A stretch of DNA of 64,000 nt from Podarcis tiliguerta (lineage: Eukaryota): assembly GCA_965153285.1 (NCBI GenBank), contig OZ229114.1; one strand, written 5' to 3'. Positions 48,177 to 62,340 of the stretch are shown one piece after another (the first letter of the stretch is position 1; each line of letters begins with the position of its first letter). The position numbers were made by a program, and so were the translations under genes. The notes beneath the pieces were generated by a model. It was not told where the DNA came from. It saw only the letters and a program-made list of their open reading frames with translations, and did no database searches.

Positions 48177-48559
48177 AAAGCACATGACTTCCCCCAAAGA
48201 ATCCTGGGAACTGTAGTTTGTTAAGGATGCTGGAAATTGTAGTTTTGTGAGGGTTAAACTATGGTTTCCAGGATTCTTGGGGGGGGTATGGTGTGTATAC
48301 AGTCTTAAATAACATGCTTCCAACTGAACATACATAGGACTGAGCTGTAGAAGACAACTCCATGAGCACTACAGGAAGTTGACTGTATTGATAGAGTTGC
48401 TGTGGAAAGCATCCAGAGGCAGTACCAAACTTCAGAAACTTGCATAATAGCCCACAGGTTTGCAATCTAGACTTCAGCCTTTTATGTCAAACATTTAATA
48501 CAAAAATAGCACAGCAATAGGGTCAGAGTTGCAGTCCCTTGCATACCAGCATCTTTCAA

Positions 48560-48920
48560 GGTATGCAATTACCCTGAGAACAGAGCCTCTCCTTACTACA
48601 TGTAGAAGAGATGTCTACAACTCAGTTTTCTTCTCACATATACTAACCAATATCATCTTTAACTTGCTGACTTTTCCAATCCTCAAAAGAAAGCTCATCT
48701 CTTTATTTCCAAGTCACTGCTTTGATCCTTCTACAAAATTAATTCTTTTGATGAGCTGCGATAGCCTACTGATCACACCAGCGCCGAGAACTTTCCTTCA
48801 CTTCTTTGACCTCTCTCCTACCTTAAGCACACTTGAAATTCTGCATTCACTACTTCATTCTGCTGATTAATTGATATTTTGATCAAGTTCATTTCGGGGA
48901 GATGTTACTTCAGTCTTAGA
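48560..48920 (-). mobile_element. Possible decayed L1-clade ORF2 fragment
   Basis: Frameshifted ELDQNI..SAE-EVVNA-ISS.LKVG resembles L..PIT.EEV..AI..LK.GK. Confidence 0.3.
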
Positions 48921-51399
48921 AGGTATAAAGTGAAGGAAGACGGGGGAAATTGTACTTTCAGGTTATCAATTATGTATTTTAAGATATAGCAAGGCACTGG
49001 CCTATATTCTAGAATATATACAGATGAAACTGAGATAAACTGAAATTTGGGAGGCTGCAGTGTCCAGCTGCTCCCAAAGAATGTCAATCAAAGAATGGCA
49101 GAAGATGTCCAGGATGCTGAGAGATGGACCTGGTATAAATCAGTTCCCATGTTCTCTCCAGAAGAGCCTAACACTACAGTATTAAATTTTTGCATTGTTT
49201 GTATATCATTCAGCGAGCTTGGTCAAAGACTAGAAAATGAGGGTGACTCTTCAGCTCATAAAAATGGCACATAAACAGAAGCAAACCAACAGTGTTCAGA
49301 ATGTGACAGATTGTATTGTTTATTATGAACGTGGATCTCCAGTATTGCCAGCACACAGAGAATCAAAAAACACTGCTGCCCACATACCACAAATGGACCT
49401 GCATTTTATCAGAAGTGGGTTGTTGTATATGCCTGGAATTTGCCAGATATATACAGAATATTGCAGTCGGAAGCAGTGTCTGGGCAGAAATCAGTGAAAA
49501 TGTCCAGAAAATTGTTCATCTTCCATTCCTTGAATAATTGCTGCATTTTAAAACAGGGGCTTAATGGTTTCCACTCATTTAAGCAGATGGCCTGGGGTCT
49601 TTGGGGTGAAAACCAGGGCCTCATAAGCAAAAGAGCTCCCCTTGCGGCCAAATCATTGTGAAACATTCCAAATTCCTAGCATTAAGATCAAGACGCAGCT
49701 TTCCAATTCATGGCACTGGCTTTCTAGGGACATCAAATGTGCTCATGCAGCAAGATACTCAATGCAGTGTTCAGACCAAAAGTCTGTACTGTATAGCACT
49801 TAAGGGCCAATGAGGATAGTTAAATAAATTGCATATTTATTTATTTATTTATTTATTATTTTGTAATTAGGCAAACAAATACTTCTTTCTCTTTTTCTTG
49901 CTTGTCACGTGCAAATCATTTATCAAATGTGTTTATCCAAGAACCAGTCTTCATCTATCTCTTTGGAAAAACCAGTTAACTACAGTTGCAAATGTGTATT
50001 TTAACGTTTTGGTGAAATAACTTTATCATGTATTTTACTTATGTGTGTTTTGTATTTGACTTTATACTTGTGAACCACTTAGAAGCAATTAATCAGTATG
50101 TAAATTAATTTAATCATCATCATCATTATAGACCCATAGAGCTGGAAGGGACCCTGAGGAACATCTATAGTGTACACAATTTCACTTGTACTTTTCTTTA
50201 CAGTTCTTCCACAGACTGAGGTCTCATCATTATAGCAATTCTTGCTGATTCAAGGGGATTAGAGCATCTAGCAGACAGCCTAGTAACCCAAGCCTTAATT
50301 AAATTCTAACACTTACTGGACCCAGGAATTTAGGGGAGCCTGGCACCCACCAACTCATAACAGGGGCATTCCTATCAAACATGAATAAATGAACCAAGTT
50401 TTCCAAATCCCTTCCAACAAAAGGGGAAAGGGAGAGATTATTTTTTGCCAACCTGTCTGGCATTCTGTACCAGAGGAGGATGACCTTGAGTGAGGCCACC
50501 TGTAAGCCACCAGAGATGGTTTTAAAAGAGGGAATTGTCCAGATACCTTTTCATTTGTAATATTTGATCTGGTGGCCTATTTCTGATTCCCATACAATTT
50601 GACAGCTTCCAACATCCCCTAATACAGAGCAATCCATTAGAACAAATGTCAGTTTTAAGCCTCAGAATGAATGCTGCCTTCATCCTGGACACAGAGACGC
50701 TCTATTCATTTCATGAACATCTCTATGTTTTAAAAAGTCCCACTTTCTTCACCTTCTCTATCAAAAATGTCAAAGAGATTTTGTTATGTCAAAGTATTCA
50801 GCTTAAGAAAAAGCTCTCTTGTTCCAGCAGCTAAATTTCTTCGTTATGAAATAGTTTAATCTTTTCTACTCATGTTTCACAGAATGACATTTTTTTTTTA
50901 ACTGCAAGGTCTGAATAAAGTTAAGAACTATATGGAAAAAATAATTAATGTATTTTGCAAATAAAATTGCCTAAAGAAGGAACCTTATATTTTTCACCTC
51001 TTTCAATATATATAAGTTGTTCTGTGGTTAAAGGAAAACAGTTTCAAGATTAGAGGGGGAGTGACTGAAGGGAAGTGGGAGGCAGGGAGAAAATATAGGA
51101 AGGATTTGATTTAACATTTGATTTAAAATTTCTGTTTCATTTTTCCTCTCTAAGGGAGATGCCCAAATGAACTAACAAGGTTAAAAAAACAAAACACTTT
51201 AAAAATACAAAACCTAATAACTGCAATTACATAGCAAAAAGCAAGATATCACCCGACTAAAATACAGTATAAAGATAACACACAATAATCAGCCATATGC
51301 CATTGTTATCCAAACATAAATAGAGTCAAGGTTTAGCATCTAGTCCAGTGGTAGTTTATTTAGCACTTAGTCTGGTAAAACCTGAGATGGTATTGACTT

Positions 51400-51704
51400 C
51401 AGTGGCGTAGCGTGGGGGGTGCAGGGGGCCCGGCCGCACCAGCCGCAACATCAGGGGGGGGGGCGCTTGCACTCACAGCTCTCTGCCCCTACCTGGCTCA
51501 CTCACTCTCTCTCACTGCAGTGCTGGCTGTGCGAATCCGATCCGAGCCGCTGGGTCGCCGCCCACTGTGGAGGGGAGGGTGCCAGGCGTGCGGTGTGGTG
51601 CGGAGAGAGAGCGAGGGACTATCTGGGGGAGGGACAGTGCAGCGGGGGGGGGGTGCAAATTACTTGCCTTGCCCCGGGTGCTGACAACCCACACTACGCC
51701 ACTG
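51400..51704. mobile_element. hAT (Tip100-like) MITE
   Basis: Perfect TIR CAGTGGCGTAG/CTACGCCACTG; TSD attgactt/attggctt. Confidence 0.9.
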
Positions 51705-52185
51705 ATTGGCTTTATGGTCACCTTCTGCTGTCTTTAGCTTGAATGATTCTTGGAGGTGCCCTTTAGGCTTGGCATGCACAACTTAGTCGATGCTGGGCAG
51801 CAAGTCCAGATTACACAGGTCAGGTTCACACACCCAAGGTTCATATAGAGATGAGGAAGAATTTACTTCCAGTCCTTTTTCAATTTCATTAAATTATTAT
51901 ATTTCTATGCTGGTTTTCATTCAAATGAATCCCAAAGTGGCTAACAAACCATAAATAACCGTCACATGATATGACATCACAAATACATCATAAACCTTAT
52001 AGAATAATTAACAAACCATCAGTGAAACAATTGCAATCTATAAACGCTTATAAAGCAACAACTAAAAAAATAAGCTAAACATCACAATTAAAGCAATGGA
52101 CTCACAGGTCTGTGGGGAAATGGAAATTGTGCATCTTCTCTACAGTATGCTAGTTGCAGGTACACGTCAGAGTTTGGCCTTGAGA

Positions 52186-52557
52186 TTCATAGAATCATAG
52201 AATCATAGAGTTGGAAGAGACCACAAGGGTCATCGAGTCCAACCCCCTGCCAAGCAGGAAACACCATCAGACCACTCCTGACATATGGTTGTCAAGCCTC
52301 TGCTTAAAGACCTCCAAAGAAGGAGACTCCACCACACTCCTTGGCAGCAAATTCCACTGTCGAACAGCTCTTACTGTCAGGAAGTTCTTCCTAATGTTTA
52401 GGTGGAATCTTCTTTCTTGTAGTTTGGATCCATTGCTCCGTGTCCGCTTCTCTGGAGCAGCAGAAAACAACCTTTCTCCCTCCTCTATGTGACATCCTTT
52501 TATATATTTGAACATGGCTATCATATCACCCCTTAAACTCCTCTTCTCCAGGCTAAA
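52186..52557 (-). mobile_element. CR1 LINE 3' end (young)
   Basis: FSLEKRSLRGDMIAMFKYIKG...RKNFLTVRAVRQWNLLPRSVVESPSLEVFKQRLD; (ATTCTATG)n tail. Confidence 0.95.
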
Positions 52558-54096
52558 GATTGAGCTTGTGAAGCTATCCAGATAGCAGGTGCAAAGGATT
52601 ACGTATTGAATAAGCCACAAGGAAGAAGCACGGAGAAATCAAAATTATGAGATATAAGCTTGTATTAAAGTGGTCATCAAGAATGTTTCATAGTAACAAC
52701 AAGGAAGACAGATATCCCATGGGAAGAAGTCAAGATTTAGAAAGTAAATTGGTTTTAGATGTTAAGAACATGTAAGCTTTTTATGGATTTCCTTCTTCCC
52801 AAAGAATGAGATAATAGGTACCAAAGAGATTCTACATTTGTTTGATGTATGGTTTCTGGGATGTCACAAAGCAATATAATGTTAATGTTAAAGGTGGTTT
52901 TTGTGTGCGCACACACTTCAGAAAAGATAAATCATAGGCACTTGACATTTAAATGGAGATAAAATAAAGATAATTAGAAGTGAGGAGACCTACAAATATT
53001 TGTGAACTGTGGATTAATTTGACACATTTCAAAAACAGATAAGGGAAATTAATATTATTATTAATTTGATTTATTGCATTTTATTACTAATATGAAATTA
53101 TCTAAACACATTCTCCCTGCAGTGAAGATTCAACACATATGAAATCTGTCAAATAAGTAGTCTGCAAGTCCCAGCTAACTGCATGCAAAATATATAATAG
53201 TTATATTTTGCCTATTCTAAACCCGATACAAAAATCCTAGCATATGTTGAATGGATTATCATCAGTGAAAGACACATAAATGGTTGCCGGTTTATCTTAC
53301 CACCTTTTATAATGAGTTACTGGGCTATTTTAGAACCACATTAAGATAACTTTATTCCAATGTCTATCAAGACAATTATAGCAACGCACAAAGTCATTCT
53401 ACTGAGGCACCATATTGCAATTGTTTGATCATTCATTTGGATGGAATGTGTGAATCTATGGAGGATAGTAACAAAGATTATTGAGGTCAGATATCCCATC
53501 ATCTCTAACTATTGGCCATGCTGGCTGAAGCTGAGGGGAGTTGGAGTCAAACAGTATAGAGAAGGACAAAGGTTCCCCATACCTGTTTTAGATTCTGGAT
53601 ACAATCCCCCAAAATATATTTATTTAATTATTTAGGGGAAAACAAATCCACACTGAAATAAATCGGGCTTGCTGCTTTTTGTTTTATTGTCGAGTATTAG
53701 CATTACTTCTTCTTCTTCTTCTTCTTCTTCTCTTCTTCCTCCTCCTTCAATGAAAGAGTATCTTCTAATATTACTTAGGAGCTTGCTACTGATTTAAGTT
53801 TTTCTATATACTCCAGTTAAAGAGAAGCAATCAGCTGAATCAAAACATCAACCACTCTCTTGACAATGTATCATATTATTTTGACAACTAATTATCATTA
53901 TTGTACAACATAAAGTGTGATAGATGTTTACAAGTAAACCAGAGGTTGAATCTCTCTAAAGATATGATCAAAGCAATAAAGCTGATAGATTTATGGCGTG
54001 ACAACAAAGGATAGGCAAGAGCAAAATGAGAAAGATTAAAACAGTTAGGCTTGTCCCTCAACATAAAATCAGAATAAATGTGCATTTGTTTTATTA

Positions 54097-54277
54097 AAAA
54101 GGTAAAGGTACCCCTGCCCGTACGGGCCAGTCGTGACCGACTCTAGGGTTGCGCGCTCATCTCACTCAAGAGGCAGGGAGCCGGCGCCGTCTGCAGACAC
54201 TTCTGGGTCACGTGGCCAGCGTGACGAAGCTGCAACTGGCGAGCCAGCACCAGTGCCGCACACAGAAACGCCGTTTG
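54097..54277 (-). mobile_element. 5'-truncated Sauria SINE (same subfamily as 46266-46623)
   Basis: aaaggtacccctgcccgtacgggccagtc tail region; flanking repeat ttgttttatta. Confidence 0.9.
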
Positions 54278-55696
54278 CTAAAAAAAATAATTGTTTTATT
54301 ACTCAGTATGTAATATGTAATAAGATGATGGAGCAGTGAACTTTAAAATGGAAGTTGACAACTACATTTATATATCCTATTTCTAAAGTGCCCTCCACAC
54401 CCTAGGGTGGAAATACATGAACATTGTCTGTTGATGTCAAAACTCAGTAAATGGTGGTTTGCTCAAAAAGTGGTTTATTAACAAGGCAGGATATCCAACC
54501 AGGACCATTAATTCTGGTCACCTTTGAGCTGAACCATGGGGTTACATCTCTGGAATTGGGAGAAAAGAAGGTGTGATTTTTCAAATAAAACGAGCTGGTT
54601 TTCTTGACAGCAACACCACAGGACCCAGGTGGTTGAATGCTCTTCCATTCAAAATATTATCCTGCGCATAGAAAACAAGCACATTGGTGGACTAGAACCC
54701 CTCTCTTTAAAACATGAATCAGTACAGCTGAGTCTCAGATGGATCTACCACTCACTGGTGGTGAGACCTAGGGCCAAAGATGTAGTGACCAAAAAAGGGA
54801 AGATGTAACAACCGTACCTAACCAATCTGACTTGACTGAATGATGTCACAGGGCAAGTGGGAACAACTTAGAGTGCAGGCAAATGAGGACAGCTGTAGAT
54901 GAAAAAGAGCAAACATTTTCACAAGGAGTGCCAGGATTTTCTCGATACTGCTGGGAGAGCTCCCTAACCCCTCCCCCATCTGCTTCATCTCATCAGTGCC
55001 AGCAAAAATCCAGTGTCACAGCAACTGATCTCCTGTAAGATGATCAAATACATTTTGTCATTTTTTAAAAAGTGGTGGTTGTGTGCCACCAGTTCACCCC
55101 TGAAGATTCTTGTCAATTTCCTGGAATCATTTAAATCATCCTCCAACCCCTATAAGAACCGTTTAGCCTGCCTATAAGAATGTTGTATGGGGACCAAACT
55201 GGACTGATGTGTCAACTTCTTGATGCAAGCTAGCAGCCATTTATGAAGGTGTAAGTTCGGCCATCATGTTACAGTTGATGAAGATTGTGCTGCACTAATA
55301 TTGAATGTAGAAGTTCTTTTTTTAAAAAATTCTACAGCAACTTTGAAAGTACTTGCCAAAGAAAAGGTGCATTATCAAAATGGTGATTTTTTTTAATTCA
55401 TTCCAAGAGAGAGCGATTTCTGATGAATTTAATGTTAAGCCATCATTCATAACACTAAAGATGATAGAATAACAGGCTGTCTAGGTAAACTTCTCATTGC
55501 ATGAAATCCAGAATTAGAGTATCCTCAATAGATGGCTATCCAATCTTTGCTGGAAAACTACCAGAAAGGGAGGGCCATTAGCCTTCTGGATAACTGGTTT
55601 CATTGTTAAACTTATCATCAATAGATTTCTCCTAGTGCTCAGTTGATATTTGCCTTCCTGTATTCCAGCCCCATTCAATCCACTTCTGCCCTCTCT

Positions 55697-56095
55697 GTAA
55701 GGATGGAAGAAGCTATCAGTTTTGGTTCTCTCGGGTTCTTATTTTTTCCTCCTTAAATTAGCCCTCCACATTTCTGCAGCAATTTGCAGATTCATTTATT
55801 TATTTTTTATTATGAAAATACTACAGCACTTTGGAGTGAATTTCACCCAATAAGCACATTTTTATATGCAGTTTGGACCAACACACACATTTTTGCAAGC
55901 AACTTTCCCTGTCAAAATGTATGTTGTATGCTATTTTCACAAATTTTTATGCGCCCAGCGTATGTATTTCTGTGAACCTTGGTTGGTTGGAGATATGCCT
56001 AGCAAAATTTAGATAAGTTCAAATTTTGAAGCATGTCTGTGTTCCAGTTTTCATTTTGTTTCAGAAAGTGTACACGTGATAAATAGAAGTTTGGA
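55697..56095. mobile_element. Old interspersed repeat, probably DNA-transposon-derived; related piece at 23653-23795
   Basis: Shared tttt.tatgcag...aca.acatttttgcaa motifs between the two sites. Confidence 0.45.
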
Positions 56096-56266
56096 CTTAG
56101 GCTCAGGTTGAAATGTTGTTGGTCATGAAGGTTCCTTGGGGGCTTGGAGCAAATCCCTTTTTCACACCCTGTTAGTGATAGGATCATTGTCCTTCAGAAT
56201 GTATTGGCTCTTTCCCAGCATTCATTGCCGCCACCAAAGCTGCCCAATTATCTTCCCTTACTTTCT

Positions 56267-56326
56267 CTGGCGTGCTCTGGTCCATGGGGTCACGAAGAGT
56301 TGGACACGACTAAACGACTAAACAAC
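56267..56326 (+). mobile_element. Extremely 5'-truncated BovB 3' end
   Basis: ctggcgtgctctggtccatggggtcacgaagagttggacacgactaaacgactaaacaaca. Confidence 0.9.
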
Positions 56327-57665
56327 ACTTTCCCTATCTAGTTGTGGGGCAGGGGTACCAACTTGAATAAAATATTGGGGGGGGGCAGGTAAGACCTGCA
56401 TAAGCATAATAGAGCACATGGCCTAGTGCACACACACCATTTGAATGGGAATGCCCATCAACTTTGGGGGGCAGCCCCCTCAAATATTTAATTGTGGGGG
56501 CCAAAGCCCCCATGGCCCCTGGGAGTTAGCTCCTGTGATGAGGAAGAGGTGAGAAGGGAAATGGCAGCCTAGCAGACTGTTCAAAGAAAAGCTTCTCCTC
56601 TGCCATAAAGTCTTTTCAAATGCTCAGGATCTCTGGCAGTTGCCAAACACAAACTACATCTCTCTGTTATACCTGAGGAGATGGCAGTACATAAGACACG
56701 ATCAGAGACATCTATGGCACATCAGGGACAATGATAGGTCTTATCATACATTTCAGCCACTATCACAGAGTTTGGGAATTAGATGTACAAAAACCAAGCT
56801 CAACTAGTTCTTCTTTCTATGAAAAGGGTGTCAGCAAAAGCTTTTTTGCTGTTGGTGCAAATTCAACCACTCCACTTTAGTTGAATTTTTTATACCACAT
56901 TGAATTTACCACAAATAATGCTAATGTGAAGATAATTCAGCGTGACCTTTCTACCATTTAAAACCAATGGTCCATTCATGTGTAAATGCACAAAGTTGAG
57001 GGAAAGGCATTGTGCAGACATAGTAGCCCTGATCTCTCTTTTTCACTCTCTCTTCAGTAGTAGCACCCTTGACCTTTAAGCTATCAGCTTCACCAGAATT
57101 TTGTAACAAATAACAAAGGGTAGACAAGGGAATAAACAGGCTTTGTAGAAAAAATGTGTAAGGAGATATTGCCTCAAAAGACAATTCTGAAGCACAGGAC
57201 TGGCTCTGGGGCATATAAGAAGGCATCCATTTCTCTTCCAACCTGTTTGTCACACGCAATGCTGTTTCCATTCTGCTGCGATTCGACTTCCAACAAAAAT
57301 TATGTTATTTGTCTCATGGTCCACTGTGGCTGAATTTAATATAACAAATTGCATTAATAATTATGTCATCATTACAGTATTCCACACCACTCTTTTCAAT
57401 GCAAAGGAAAAACAAGGCAAATGTGGGATAGGGGGCCAGCTGCAGAATATAATCACTTATGTATCATTTGCTGACCAAAAGCAGCAGCAACAGCAGTGAA
57501 TACCAGTCGTATTTGCTGGATCAATTGATCTGTTCCAGACATGGGACAAACAAGCGAATGTCGAAAATTTGCACTCCTGTTTCCATCAGAATTATCCGAT
57601 ATCCCTTGTTACGCCTACTATTGGGCGGCATGAGATGGGAAATCCTAGAGAGTTGGGGGAGGGAA

Positions 57666-57812
57666 TAAGAACATAAGCAGCACTCTGTTGGATCAAGCCA
57701 AAGTTCCATCTAGTCCAGGACTCCGTTCTCACAGGGGCCAACCAGATCCCCATAGGAAACCAGAAAGCAGAACCAGAGTGCAGCAGCACTCTCCCCACCG
57801 GATAATCCCAAG
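57666..57812 (-). mobile_element. CR1 3' tail
   Basis: taagaacataag...ccatctagtccagga.tc.gttctcacag.ggccaaccagat. Confidence 0.7.
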
Positions 57813-58349
57813 TAGTTCTGAATTCTGAAGAGGAAGGGGATTTCACAATTTTAGGGGACCACTGACAGTCTGCTAGTCTCCCTTTATGCCAAACTCATCG
57901 CAGATGTAGGAAGCAGACGTATTCAGCCTTTACAGGCCCAAGGCCTACCTTTAACCCCCAAATGCAGATGTGGACCTACTTTTACATTTTTACTACAACT
58001 CGCTCCTTTCCATCTTTTTTTCAAAATCTCTCTCTCATTTCACCTGCCTACCAACCATAGCATCTCCTCATAAGAAGAGCCCTCCTAGACTAAAGGCCTA
58101 TCTATTACTTTAGCATCTTTTTCTCTCCACAGTGTCCTGCCACATAACTGTGGGATGTTTCTACATGATTACCTTCCTGGGGTTCAGCTGATTCATTAAA
58201 TAAACACGGAGTACTTACCTTCTCTTGTAAAAGGTGCTTAAGTCAACAGCCAAACTATTCATCTTGACACTCTGCCACTTGGCTTGAGACACTCCATCAT
58301 CTGGGGTCCCCCCCCCCCAGGCTCATAGAGGTCAGGCTCCAAACTTTGG

Positions 58350-58520
58350 AGAAGGGCTTGTAGCTCAGTGGTAGAGCATTTGCCTATGGAAGGTCCCTGG
58401 TTCAATCCCTGGTATCTTGAGGTAGGGTTGAGAGACACCTAATCCGAAAGCCTGGAGAAGCACTGCCAGTCAGTGTAGCTAATCTTGAGCTATATAGACC
58501 AAGGCAGCTTTTTATGTTCG
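58350..58520 (+). mobile_element. tRNA-derived SINE (Squam2-like)
   Basis: A box tagctcagtggtagagc, B box ggttcaatccc, tail aaggcagcttt.tatgttc; further degraded copies near 36872-36925 and 59775-59925. Confidence 0.75.
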
Positions 58521-59277
58521 TATCATGAATCAGGGTACACCAGCTGAATACCAAAGGTGTAAAGCATGAATAGTCAATGTAATGCCCTCCAGTTGTTAAT
58601 GGACTCCAACCACTGGCCATGCTGATGTGAACTGGAGTCCAACAACTTCAGGGGGCACCATATTAGCTCCCCTTGCTATAAAGAACAGCTTGGCCTTAGA
58701 ATATATGTATGGCACTTAGATGGCCCCAAATTCTATCCATGGCATCTCCCATTGAAAGGCTGTCTGGTAGCAGAGTTTGCGTGAGAGCTTTGGAATCTGC
58801 TGCCACTTGGAATAGAGAGAAGTGGGGTGGAATATTCAATGGACTGACTCAGAATGTCAGCTACATATGTTTAGAAATCCACACTCACAATGTGCCAACA
58901 GCTTATTTATAGCGGTAGAAATTCCTCATGCCCCTCAAGAGAAGCAGCAGCCCCTAAAATATGAGATATCAGAAGGCAGGGGGTTCTTTTTGTCATCTTC
59001 CCCTCCTCATTCAGTCCTTTGCCAGGCATAACCATCCAGATCTGTTTTCCTGCTCCTGGGCTTCTTCTGCTAGATGATGCATTCTTTGGCATGTAAACAG
59101 ACATCAGATCTGATCTTGCAAATGTCAAGAATGACTTCAGGAGCTATATCTTGAAATGAAAGGTAAGCAAAGGTAGCTTGCTGCCTTGCATAGCTCAAGT
59201 CAAGCAGAAAACAGAGCAAATTTATTCATTTCAAAGAGGGCTTATGGCATCTTGGTGCCACAAACTCACCTGCTCAA

Positions 59278-59309
<32 letters not shown>

Positions 59310-60229
59310 GGAGAGGGAGAGGGAGAGGAGGGGGGGAAATGGGTGAAAGGACCTATGACATTGAGACCTCTAAATCATCGTCCAGAGTATTTTGCCCTGC
59401 CAAAATTGAGAACTATTTGTTTGTTTGTGTGTGTGTTTTATTCTGTCTTTAACTTCTTGAAATTATATTTTTAGGGACAAACAGTATTCTCAGTATTCCC
59501 AAAAGTGGGTTATGCTCAAACACATCAGACTGGGCTGACTCTGTCATGTCTCATTATGTGATGTAACATGATAATACAGTTCAATGAACAAACCAGATAT
59601 GACACACACACAAAAGAAACTTGATGGGAAAAGTCTATTCTTTAAAGATACGGGGAGGGGAGCCAATGTGGTCAAGGAACTTCATGTATTCTCTACTGCA
59701 GAATCTTTGGAAGAAATGTAACCAGTGACTCCCCAAGGTGGTGGTGAAGTTATTATACCATTTATCTAAATCAGGCTCCTGTAGGTCAGTTGTAGAACAT
59801 CTGCTTTGCATGAAGAAGGGCTGGTAGAGACCCCTGCCTAGAACCCCGGAGAGCTGCTGCCATTCATTGTAAATGATACCAGGCTGGCTGGACCAGTGGT
59901 CTGAATCCAGGCAACTTCCTATGTTTATTGCAGCCACTCACCTTATCCTAAAAATGGGACACCCTGAACTGGACTTCTGGTGAGCAGCTTAACCACCAGA
60001 TGGGTCTGTACAGAAGAAAATGCTGCAGACCTATTCACAAGGATGAGCAAGCATTCTGAATTGTGCCCCCAAACAAACGGGTAGCAAATGAGGTTAGTTG
60101 AGTAGCGGCAGAGTATGCTTGCCCCTGTTCGTGCCACTTAACAGCCTCTGTGACTGTGCTACTTTCTGAGCCAGTGGAAATTTTCCAATCAAGATAACAT
60201 GATGCAAACAAACAAAACATCCAGCCTAG

Positions 60230-60378
60230 AGCCTGGATAGCTCAGTTGGTTAGAGCGTGGTGCTGATAATGCCAAGGTTGCAGGTTCAATCCCTGTATGG
60301 GCAGCTGCATATTCCTGCATTGCAGGCGATTGGACTAGATGATCCTCAGGGTCCTTTCTGACTCTACAGATTCTATGG
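60230..60378 (+). mobile_element. SINE made of a tRNA-Ile-like head and a CR1 3' tail
   Basis: Head closely matches vertebrate tRNA-Ile (TAGCTCAGTTGGTTAGAGCGTGGTGCT-GAT-AA); followed by ttcctgcattgcagg..ttggactagatgatcc...attctatg. Confidence 0.8.
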
Positions 60379-60389
60379 TGGGGGGGGAT

Positions 60390-60727
60390 AAAAGGAACCC
60401 CTGACCATTAGGTCCAGTCATGACCGACTCTGGGGCTGCGGTGCTCATCTCGCTTTATTGGCCGAGGGAGCCGGCATACAGCTTCCGGGTCATGTGGCCA
60501 GCATGACTAAGCCGCTTCTGGCGAACCAGAGAAGTGCACAAAAACACCGTTTACCTTCCTGCCAGAGCGGTACCTATTTATCTACTTGCACTCTGACATG
60601 CTTTTGAACTGCTAGGTTGGCAGGAGCCAGGACCAAGCAATGGGAGCTCACCCCGTTGCGGGGATTCGAACGCCGACCTTCTGATCGGCAAGCCCTAGGC
60701 TCTGTGGTTTAGCCCACAGCGCCACAC
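60390..60727 (-). mobile_element. Sauria SINE
   Basis: Reverse complement of head and core (tacctatttatctacttgc; gggattcgaac). Confidence 0.92.
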
Positions 60728-61926
60728 CAAATAGGCAGGTTAAGCCAAAAGCTTCCCTTTGCCAGCAATGATCAATTAATGAAGCATATAATTTGAGTGG
60801 CCTTCCCCAACCTAGTACCCACTAGCTGCTTTAGACTATAACTCTGATCAAGCCTAGCCACTGGATGTAGGGGTCGAGGCTGATGAAGCTTGTAGTCCAA
60901 AATTTCTGGAAGGCACCAGTCGTGGTAGGCTGAATTGTAGCATTGGTCAGCTGCCATTCCATCAAGTTGACAGAGCTTTACCTCTGTGCAATCTCCCTCT
61001 AGTTCTCAGTGAATTAAAATAAACCTTTGACAAATGCCTGAAATATGGAAACTCTCAGTCAGTTTGGGTTCACCTCCGTTGTGGGCAAAAGGGAATAACA
61101 GCATCAGCTGATTTACAAACTGTTCCAAAAGGGCTGCTGACACGAAGAGAGCTGCGGTTGGCAACTTCAGCGCTAGATGCTCTCTTCACAAGCAGCACAG
61201 GCAATGAACTGGGTAAAATTGCATTTTCCACATGAACCTCAGAAACCATCATGACATTCAAGGTTTGTTTCGGATGCTGGGACTAACAACGCTCAGACTA
61301 GCTGCCTAATATTGCTGAATGGTTCACCTGTTCCCTTCTTGAGCCTATATATATATATATATATATATCCCTTTACATCAGGTTATTTCAAGTTGTGCAT
61401 CAGGCATATCTCCTAAATATTATTTTTGGGCTTCCGGGTCATTTATGATATTTTGTCTTCTGTTGAATTATTGTCAAGATTAGGAACAGACTGGCCTCAA
61501 TATGTGACCAACATTAATTCTTTTCCATCCAATTTGAAATGGAAGATGCAGGGTTTTTTTAAAAGCAAGGTGGCCCAAACATGCATTGAACCAGGCTAGA
61601 AACTGGCCATTATTTCCTGCTCCAACTTAGGCAGCAAAATGTTTTTGGCCAGCCCTGGCTGTGGGATGAATGCAGCTGAAACTGCCCCAAACACGCAGAG
61701 AACCACAGAGAACTTGGGGTGTGAGTAAGGCATCTCTTTTTCAGTAAGAAGAAGATGGACAGTTTTCCATCAACTCATATCTGTTCTATATGAATTGGAT
61801 AATTTTAAAAAATTGTTCTGAGCCATTTTGTTAGTGGGCAGGCAATGCCTTGCCCAGGGCAGCATGTTGCAAAATATCATACACTGTATGAAATGCCTAA
61901 TGGCAGTGCCGGCCAATGTGCCCTGT

Positions 61927-62340
61927 TGTCAGGGACTGGCAAGGCTCCAAAGAATGTGGGGCAGAGACAGGGGGCCAGAGGAGTTACCCAAGAGAGGGCA
62001 CCTGCAATGTATGGGGTTTGGGGCTGCCTGGAGGCAGGAGCCAATGCACTGGGAGGAGGAAGAGTCAAGGCAGTCCGAGATTGAGAAAGGCACACAGGAT
62101 GTTGTGGAATAAGAATAGGCTGTTCTCATGACAGATGAATCAGTAGATGGATCATCTACCCCTGCCCCATTGTCTCCTAGAACCAGGAGGGGCTTGAAGT
62201 GGAAGGAGCTGTGGCAACTTCAGTGCAGGAGAAGTCTGGGGTTGAGGGCACACAACCCATCAGGGGAGGGTATATAAGCTGGAAGAAGCGTCTCACTGTT
62301 GCTGAAACTGCTCAGCGGGGCACAGATCTGAGGGACAGCT
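61927..62340 (+). mobile_element. Partial Gypsy-like LTR
   Basis: TGTCAGGG start as in the 24971-25892 family, purine-rich U3, gggtatataag TATA-like box. Confidence 0.45.

Noticed and set aside
51400-51704. CpG-island promoter (also 6185-6582 and 17501-17734)
   Set aside because: The GC/CpG-rich patches coincide exactly with MITE boundaries.
57539-57633. Terminal coding exon (…MGQTSECRKFALLFPSELSDIPCYAYYWAA*)
   Set aside because: No recognisable homology and no supported upstream exons.
60230-60303. Functional tRNA-Ile gene
   Set aside because: The acceptor stem is mismatched, there is no T-run terminator, and it continues into a CR1 tail, so it is a SINE head.
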